Below, piece after piece: positions 57,834-64,000 of a DNA stretch of 64,000 nt. Source of the stretch: a virus. Lineage: Duplodnaviria; Caudoviricetes. Every line of letters starts with the position of its first letter. The first letter of the stretch is position 1. Where the stretch lies: IMG/VR virus record IMGVR_UViG_3300032216_001965, positions 1 through 64,000 of that record, one strand, 5' to 3'. A program made the position numbers and the translations under genes. A model generated the notes under the pieces. That model was not told where the DNA came from and made no database searches. It worked only from the letters and a program-made list of their open reading frames with translations.

Positions 57834-58526
57834 ATGTCAAAAGAATTTGATAAAAATATTATGCCACAAAAATTTTTTTATAGAGATTTAGATGTTGATT
57901 TAAATGAAGCATCTGATATTTTAAAAAAAGAATATGAAAGAATTGCAAAAGGAGAAATGCGTGGAATAGCACCACATGATAAAGAACTGGACATTTTTAC
58001 ATATTCAAATTCATACTCAACTCAAAAATCAAGAGAGTACAATGCTTTTCAAATGTATTATCCATTTCTTCATGATCTTTACTCAAGCGTTGTTGATATG
58101 ACTCGTGAAGCATGCGAATATTATGACATTGATTATAATTCAGAACAGTGGGTTGCACAGGCTTGGTTTAATATTAATAGTAATCAAAAGGGTGGCAAAC
58201 TAAATTGGCATGACCATTTAGATCCAAACATTAAAGTTCCATCATTTCATGGATATTATTGTGTAAATGCTGAACCATCAAAAACTCACTACCAAGTAAA
58301 TGGTGAAATTAAGATTAATGAAAATAAAAACAATAGAGCAATTTTATCTTTAATTGGTTTCCCTCATGCAATGGGAAACTGGGAATGGGAAGGTGACAGA
58401 ATAACTGTTGCATATGATGTTTTTCCAATGAGAATTTTAACTCAAGAAGCATTCTTAAATGCTGATCTTAAAGATCACGAAGACTTCTGGGAGCAACACT
58501 ATTTCCCATTGCCAAAAATATACTAG
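57834..58526 (+). CDS. 2OG-Fe(II) oxygenase-like protein (TIGR02466-type)
   Basis: AWFNIN...WHDH...FHGYYCV...PHAMG...RITVAYD; ATG 57834 has SD aagggga (track start 57798 lies inside the promoter). Confidence 0.75.
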   Translation: MSKEFDKNIMPQKFFYRDLDVDLNEASDILKKEYERIAKGEMRGIAPHDKELDIFTYSNSYSTQKSREYNAFQMYYPFLHDLYSSVVDMTREACEYYDIDYNSEQWVAQAWFNINSNQKGGKLNWHDHLDPNIKVPSFHGYYCVNAEPSKTHYQVNGEIKINENKNNRAILSLIGFPHAMGNWEWEGDRITVAYDVFPMRILTQEAFLNADLKDHEDFWEQHYFPLPKIY

Positions 58527-58534
58527 GAGAAAAA

Positions 58535-59059
58535 GTGACTTGTATTGCTGTAGTAAAACATGAAGATAAAATCTATATGGCTGGAGATCGTGGTGCCTCA
58601 GATGATGGAACTATCCTATCACTTGATGCCCCTAAAGTTTGGAAAATAGGTCCATATCTTATTGGGTATGCTGGAGCAATGGATGGAGAAAGAATCCGTT
58701 ATAATTTTAAGCCAACACCTCCAAATATTAAAGACACAGATAAGTTTATGCAGACAAAGTTTGTAAAAGAGTTGCGTGAATTCTATAATGAGTTTTGGGT
58801 CGATACATCTAAAGATGGAGACCTTGGTTTAATAATTGCAGTTCGTGGAAACATATATGAACACAGTTCTGCTGATATGTCTTTATCTAAGTACACACTT
58901 CCTTATCTTGCAATGGGGTCTGGTGCGGAGTATGCATATGGTGTTTTATATGCAACTGACAAACAAAAGAATGCAAGAAATAGAGTCATGCAAGCAGTCA
59001 GTGCTGCCATTAAGTTCAACCCATCATGCATGGGTCCCGTGGATGTCATAAGTATTTAA
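58535..59059 (+). CDS. Proteasome-beta/HslV-like Ntn-hydrolase (threonine peptidase)
   Basis: After Met removal: Thr1, Asp17 and Lys33 at canonical positions; GSG motif (MGSGAEYAYG). Confidence 0.8.
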   Translation: MTCIAVVKHEDKIYMAGDRGASDDGTILSLDAPKVWKIGPYLIGYAGAMDGERIRYNFKPTPPNIKDTDKFMQTKFVKELREFYNEFWVDTSKDGDLGLIIAVRGNIYEHSSADMSLSKYTLPYLAMGSGAEYAYGVLYATDKQKNARNRVMQAVSAAIKFNPSCMGPVDVISI

Positions 59060-59707
59060 ATGTTTGAAAAAAATAATATTATTGGATCTGAGTATTGGAT
59101 TAATTCAGCAAACAAACCATTTCCAGAAATTATAAATGATAATTTTCAATTGCCTAAAAAATGGGGATCTTCTGAAATATCATTTAATGAAAACTATATT
59201 AATAAAATATTAAAACCAATTAATGGTTATGCAAATATTTTTTCAACTAAACCAGAACTTATAGATAATAATGGTGAAATTAATTTGAGATATTATACTC
59301 ATGCAGAGATATGGGTTGAACCAAAAGATAATGGCGTATATGCATTAGATAAGTGTTGGCAAACTCAGTTTTACCCATCAGAAATAGAGTTTCTTGTACC
59401 TGATGATTGTTATGATGCTGCATATAAGTTTTATACTCCTTGGCTTTTAGATGTAAGTAAAAATTTTTATTTAAAAGAAATAAAAGAATCTCCATTTAAA
59501 ATTTTAAAAAATGATATTAGTTTTAATTTATTAAAAAAACAATATCTGCTAGATTCTCCATGGATATACTTTGCAATTAAAAAAACAGGTAAACATATAT
59601 CTTATTATGAAAATGAGCCATACTCTATTTTAGATATAAAAACTCCTATTTGTGATATAATAATTGATGATAAAAACATATTAGAAAGACTGCTAAATGA
59701 ACGATAA
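59060..59707 (+). CDS. Hypothetical protein, possibly a divergent DUF6065-like paralog
   Basis: FYTPWLL and ILDIKTPICDIII loosely echo the 7125/59697 motifs. Confidence 0.45.
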   Translation: MFEKNNIIGSEYWINSANKPFPEIINDNFQLPKKWGSSEISFNENYINKILKPINGYANIFSTKPELIDNNGEINLRYYTHAEIWVEPKDNGVYALDKCWQTQFYPSEIEFLVPDDCYDAAYKFYTPWLLDVSKNFYLKEIKESPFKILKNDISFNLLKKQYLLDSPWIYFAIKKTGKHISYYENEPYSILDIKTPICDIIIDDKNILERLLNER

Positions 59708-60431
59708 AAAAATAATTAAGTTTATAACATCTAGGTTTCCAAATAATGATCCACAAGATGTACCAGTTCCATCGGTAAACATGTTGCCAAATTGGTATAA
59801 AGATCTTGCACCATATAATAATGCTACAAGCACAAATATTAAACATCTATATCCTATAAATGATCGTGGATCTGATGGCACAGATGTTTCTACAAAATTA
59901 TGTATGCCATTTTTAGATGCTATGATTTCTGGGTATATGATTGTTTTGCCAGAAGATGTAATTGTAGAAATAAAGGATGATGAAAAACCAATACTGTCAT
60001 GGTCTAGTTCAGATACAACAGTAGATATTAGGCCAAATGTAGATATGGCTATTCCTTCTGAATGCTATCCTATACATTTTGGCTGGAGAATGAACTGGTA
60101 TTATGAAACACCACCAGGATATTCTTTAATGTTTACACATCCATTAAATAGGTATGATTTGCCATTTTATGGAGCATCTGGAATTGTAGATTCAGATATT
60201 TGGGGTCTTCCTGTATTTTTACCATTTTTCTTAAAAAGAGGGTTTAGTGGTATAATTAAAAAAGGAACACCAATATATCAGGTAATTCCAATAAAAAGAG
60301 ATGAGTGGGAAATGGATGTAGATTGCTCTGAAGATTCATTTTGGAAACATAAAGAAATGGAAGAGCAAAGAAGATCACATATTACTGCACACTATAAAAA
60401 AACAACTTGGCAAAAGAAAAAATACAAATAG
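59697..60431 (+). CDS. DUF6065-like protein
   Basis: LPNWYK...STKLCMPFLDAMISGY...TPPGYSLMFTHPLNRYDLPF...GIVDSD...IKKGTPIYQVIPIKR. Confidence 0.65.
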   Translation: MNDKKIIKFITSRFPNNDPQDVPVPSVNMLPNWYKDLAPYNNATSTNIKHLYPINDRGSDGTDVSTKLCMPFLDAMISGYMIVLPEDVIVEIKDDEKPILSWSSSDTTVDIRPNVDMAIPSECYPIHFGWRMNWYYETPPGYSLMFTHPLNRYDLPFYGASGIVDSDIWGLPVFLPFFLKRGFSGIIKKGTPIYQVIPIKRDEWEMDVDCSEDSFWKHKEMEEQRRSHITAHYKKTTWQKKKYK

Positions 60432-60439
60432 GAGAAAAA

Positions 60440-61096
60440 ATGCAAAATGATGTATACTCAATTTCAAAAACTTATAACAAACCACATAAGTTTTTTGAAA
60501 GATATTTAAATAATGACCTTGATAAATTGTCGCAATTTCTTACATTGGTATATGATAAAATTCAAAAAGAAGAAATTGAAGGAATTACTCCAGTTACTGA
60601 AAAAGATTTGTGGAAAGAGTCAAGCAGCGTATCCACTATGAAATGGAGAGAATATAATGTGTTTCAATTTCATAGTCCAGCAATTTGGAATCTATACAAA
60701 GGAATTTCTGATACAGTAAAAGAAGCATGCGAATACTACGGTATTGATTTTGATAAAGAACAATACATGGTTCAAGGTTGGTTTAATATAAATAATAGAA
60801 AAACTGGAAAATTAGATTGGCATGATCACGGAGGACCGTGGGCACCATTTTTTCATGGGTATTATTGTGTAAAAGCAGAGCCATCTTCAACATTCTATAA
60901 AATAGATAATAAAGAAGAACTAATTGTAGAAAATAAAAATATAAATAATAGGTTGATTATTTCTGAAATGGGTCATCCACATGCACAAGGAGATTGGGAC
61001 TGGGACGGTGAAAGAATAACTATTGCCTATGATATTATGCCTATGAGGTTTATGCACCCAATGGATATGTCACAGCACTATATTCCACTACTGTAA
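60440..61096 (+). CDS. 2OG-Fe(II) oxygenase-like protein (TIGR02466-type), paralog of 57834
   Basis: GWFNIN...WHDH...FHGYYCV...PHAQG...RITIAYD; SD ggag favours ATG 60440. Confidence 0.75.
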   Translation: MQNDVYSISKTYNKPHKFFERYLNNDLDKLSQFLTLVYDKIQKEEIEGITPVTEKDLWKESSSVSTMKWREYNVFQFHSPAIWNLYKGISDTVKEACEYYGIDFDKEQYMVQGWFNINNRKTGKLDWHDHGGPWAPFFHGYYCVKAEPSSTFYKIDNKEELIVENKNINNRLIISEMGHPHAQGDWDWDGERITIAYDIMPMRFMHPMDMSQHYIPLL

Positions 61097-61097
61097 T

Positions 61098-61916
61098 ATG
61101 AAAACAATTAAAGTCTTTATTTATTCATATAAAAATAAAAATTTGCTCAATAATCTTTTAGATATAATCGAAAAAGAGTCTAAAGAAAACATAATAAAAT
61201 ATTATGTTTATGATCAAAATAATATTAATAATGAAAAAAAATATAAAACTTTAAATAATGTTTTTTATAATCACATTAAATGGGATAACTGGTCATCTAT
61301 TACAAATTATAGAAGAAACTTTTTGTTGAGTCCGCTTGATTATTATTTAGAGTTATCGGATAAAATTGTTTTATCTAAAAATTGGGATTCTTTTTTAATA
61401 AATAATCTAAAAGATAAATCGGTTATTTCTGGTAAAAATAAAATAAATTTAAAATTTGGAAATATTTTTATAGAAAAAAAATACAATAATTCAGATTCTA
61501 TTTCATTAACAAATTTTATAAATTTTGAATTATTTTTTAGCAAATTTAAAGATTCTATAACACTTTTAGAGTTATCTAAATTAAAAGAGGTTGGTCAGGA
61601 TATATACGGATCGGTTCTTTATGTTAATAAAAATATTAATATATTTTCTTTGCCAAATAATTTTTACTATTTAAAAGATGATTATGAGGAACCATATAAG
61701 CCATACTCTATTTATCATGGATATAATGATATGATTGATGAAATCAAAAAAATGAATACAGAAAATTTTAATAAATTTCACAACTTAGATTTATCAAAAA
61801 TAAAAAAAATTCCATATCAACATAACGATGTACCTTTTTTAAGATTTTCAAACAACTTGGATGCTAGATCCGATGGAAGATATTTAAATACGTATAACTC
61901 AATAGAAATATTATAG
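61098..61916 (+). CDS. GT-A-like glycosyltransferase (GT60/GT2-like, degenerate motif)
   Basis: KVFIYSYKNKNL N-terminal strand; DYYLELSDKIVLSKNWDSFLI resembles YLQIDSHxRFxxxWDxxLI of GT60 but lacks a clean DxH/DxD; very AT-rich. Confidence 0.4.
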   Translation: MKTIKVFIYSYKNKNLLNNLLDIIEKESKENIIKYYVYDQNNINNEKKYKTLNNVFYNHIKWDNWSSITNYRRNFLLSPLDYYLELSDKIVLSKNWDSFLINNLKDKSVISGKNKINLKFGNIFIEKKYNNSDSISLTNFINFELFFSKFKDSITLLELSKLKEVGQDIYGSVLYVNKNINIFSLPNNFYYLKDDYEEPYKPYSIYHGYNDMIDEIKKMNTENFNKFHNLDLSKIKKIPYQHNDVPFLRFSNNLDARSDGRYLNTYNSIEIL

Positions 61917-61938
61917 TATAATTATAAAAAGGAGAAAA

Positions 61939-62538
61939 ATGCATAGAATACACATTGTTGATAATTTTATTACTGATATCGATGCTCAAACACTTATAAA
62001 TGAGCAGTTGCAACCAAGTGAAATTAATGACTATCCAGAATACTATAGTAAAAGGTTCGGCGGAACTTCATTGCCATATAATAAAACTGTTATGGATATA
62101 ATGATTAAGTATGGAACTAAAGCAAATGAAATGCATCGTAACCTTAATGGTTTTAAGAATCCAATATATGTTTTTAAAGGATTTGGCTCACATTGGACAG
62201 AAGGAACTAAAGGAGCACTACATGTTGATGCTCAGGGGCCAGAGCCTTTTATTGAGTTTAGTACAATAATATATTTAAATGAGGAGCCAGAATATAGTGG
62301 GGGAAAAATTTATTTTCCAAATCAAGATTTTTCATATCAACCAAAAAAATATTCAGCAGTATTTTTTCCAGGGGCTGGGTCAGAGTATATTCATGGAATA
62401 ACAACAGTAACATCTGGACATAGATATACAGCATTATATATGCATACATCTTTGCCAGAACATGCAGATCCTGATTTTTTAGGAGAAAATAAAAAACCAC
62501 AATGGGAAGCATTGAGGTACCCACTTGCAAAACATTGA
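61939..62538 (+). CDS. Prolyl-4-hydroxylase-like 2OG-Fe(II) oxygenase
   Basis: LHVD...STIIYLN...GGKIYF...VFFP...YIHGITTVTSGHRY. Confidence 0.85.
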   Translation: MHRIHIVDNFITDIDAQTLINEQLQPSEINDYPEYYSKRFGGTSLPYNKTVMDIMIKYGTKANEMHRNLNGFKNPIYVFKGFGSHWTEGTKGALHVDAQGPEPFIEFSTIIYLNEEPEYSGGKIYFPNQDFSYQPKKYSAVFFPGAGSEYIHGITTVTSGHRYTALYMHTSLPEHADPDFLGENKKPQWEALRYPLAKH

Positions 62539-63196
62539 GCATGAAATTTTAGATCTTGGATTAGTTTACTATAAGAACATAATTAAAAATCCAGCAGAAT
62601 TAATTAAGGATATTGAAGATTTGGATAATGACTACACATTAAATCCAGACATTGCTTTGCTTACAGGGGTAAAGCCTTGGACTGCATGGAGAAACGAAAG
62701 CAATGGAACTAATGAAATTTTTTGCTGGCAAAAATTTATTCCACAAGTAAAAGATATATCAGAAAATGATTACTTTAGAGATAAACAAATAAATATTTCT
62801 TCTCAATTGTTTGGTGCGCTTGATGAAACACTTGAACACTATTCTAATCATATTTATCCATTTGCAGCAAAAAATATTAAATCAAGAGAAAGAACTATGC
62901 ATCTACTTCGTTATGATCAAAGTGGCTATCTTCCAGCACATCAAGATCAGGGGGTAAGTACAAGAGTCCTTTCTGTTTTACTATACCTAAATGATGACTA
63001 TGAAGGTGGAGAAATAACATTTAGACACTCTGGACTAACACTTAAGCCAAAACCAGGAAGTGTTTTATTTTTTCCATCTAATTTCTTGTATGTTCATGAG
63101 GTTGCTCCAATAACAAAAGGTCCAAGGTATGCTTTGCCAAACTGGTATCATAATATCGAACAAAATGGAATGATGCACTCTAATGGAAGTGAATAA
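62525..63196 (+). CDS. Prolyl-4-hydroxylase-like 2OG-Fe(II) oxygenase
   Basis: LRYDQSGYLPAHQD...LSVLLYLNDDYEGGEITF...GSVLFFPS...HEVAPITKGPRY. Confidence 0.88.
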   Translation: MQNIEHEILDLGLVYYKNIIKNPAELIKDIEDLDNDYTLNPDIALLTGVKPWTAWRNESNGTNEIFCWQKFIPQVKDISENDYFRDKQINISSQLFGALDETLEHYSNHIYPFAAKNIKSRERTMHLLRYDQSGYLPAHQDQGVSTRVLSVLLYLNDDYEGGEITFRHSGLTLKPKPGSVLFFPSNFLYVHEVAPITKGPRYALPNWYHNIEQNGMMHSNGSE

Positions 63197-63282
63197 TGAA
63201 ATACTTTATATTTAAAATAAAATTTTATTTATTTTTAAAAAATAAAAAAAGAAATGCAAAAAAGGGAAGGTTTATTTACTGA
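63196..63282 (+). CDS. 28-aa basic peptide coupled to the carbamoyltransferase gene (absent from ORF track)
   Basis: MKYFIFKIKFYLFLKNKKRNAKKGRFIY; TAATG overlap upstream and TGATG overlap downstream. Confidence 0.5.
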   Translation: MKYFIFKIKFYLFLKNKKRNAKKGRFIY

Positions 63283-64000
63283 TGATAATCCTTGGAGTTA
63301 ATGAGACATCCCATGATGCTTCGGTGTCATTAATTGAAGATGGTGAGATACTTTTTGCAGGGCATGCAGAAAGATATAGCAAACAAAAAAATGACTGGTA
63401 TGTAAATGATAATTTAATAAAAGATGCTTTGCAGTACGGTAGACCAGATCATATCGCTTACTACGAAAAACCCCTTCTAAAGGCTTCTAGACTTGTTTTA
63501 AGGGGTGGTTTGGGAGATTGGAAACCTAGGTTTGAATTAAAAAATATTCCAAGAAAATCTTTTAACCATCATTATTCTCATGCTGCAGCAGGATACTATA
63601 CAAGTGATTTTAATGATGCATGTATTGTAGTTTTAGATGCAATTGGTGAATATAATACTTCCACAATTTGGGTGGGCGAAGGCGATAAGATTAAACTAAA
63701 ATATAAACAAAATTACCCTGTCAGTTTTGGATTATTTTATTCAGCCTTTACTCAACTGATAGGACTTATTCCAAATCAAGAAGAATACATTATGATGGGT
63801 ATGGCTGCATATGGTGATTGGAAAAAATACTATAGAAAAGTTGATGACTATTTTCCTTCCTATACAAAACAAAAATATAACTTTCATAAAGGAATTACTG
63901 ATTGGGGATGGATTGAATCTGAGCAAGATAAATTTGATATAGCAGCAGCAGTTCAAGTTGTGTACCAACAAAGACTTAATGATTTTATGCACATGGCATA
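63282..64000 (+). CDS. NodU/CmcH-family carbamoyltransferase, N-terminal part (runs off the window; absent from ORF track)
   Basis: MIILGVNETSHDASVSLIEDGEILFAGHAERYSKQK...YYEKP...HHYSHAAAGYY...VLDAIGE...SFGLFYSAFTQLIG...EEYIMMGMAAYG. Confidence 0.9.
   Translation, partial: MIILGVNETSHDASVSLIEDGEILFAGHAERYSKQKNDWYVNDNLIKDALQYGRPDHIAYYEKPLLKASRLVLRGGLGDWKPRFELKNIPRKSFNHHYSHAAAGYYTSDFNDACIVVLDAIGEYNTSTIWVGEGDKIKLKYKQNYPVSFGLFYSAFTQLIGLIPNQEEYIMMGMAAYGDWKKYYRKVDDYFPSYTKQKYNFHKGITDWGWIESEQDKFDIAAAVQVVYQQRLNDFMHMA

Noticed and set aside
1-64000. tRNA/ncRNA genes, stop-codon reassignment, integrase or endolysin
   Set aside because: Intergenic gaps are short and hold promoters or terminators; all three stop codons end genes normally in code 11; no integrase or cell-wall hydrolase motif recognised (they may lie outside the window)

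Overview
A 64-kb segment of a large, AT-rich, long-tailed dsDNA phage (siphovirus-like). Essentially all credible genes are on the + strand. The gene order is: (1) five modular tail-fibre/appendage genes; (2) a DUF6065-like moron and a class II (B12-dependent) ribonucleotide reductase; (3) head genes (portal, HK97-type protease/scaffold, major capsid); (4) neck and tail genes (tail tube, two paralogous tail chaperones, 2791-aa tape measure, hub and minor tail proteins); (5) a replication/recombination block (DnaB, primase, SSB, DnaE, RecA, resolvases, Cas4-like nuclease); (6) terminase; (7) two secreted surface-type proteins and two membrane proteins; (8) an AT-rich cluster of modifying enzymes (four 2OG-Fe(II) oxygenases, DUF6065-like proteins, a proteasome-beta/HslV-like Ntn hydrolase, a GT-A-like protein, and a NodU/CmcH carbamoyltransferase cut by the window end). 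Extended -10 promoters with many leaderless starts, DnaE-based replication and synteny recalling large Streptomyces siphoviruses suggest an actinobacterial host, possibly a low-GC freshwater one (inference). The best candidate for an undescribed system is an FN3-FN3-(FGFTP/FGA)n-Hint protein at the end of the fibre cluster, which may self-process. It may also be a substrate of the phage's oxygenase, glycosyltransferase and carbamoyltransferase set. All family assignments come from motif recognition by eye; no database searches were run.
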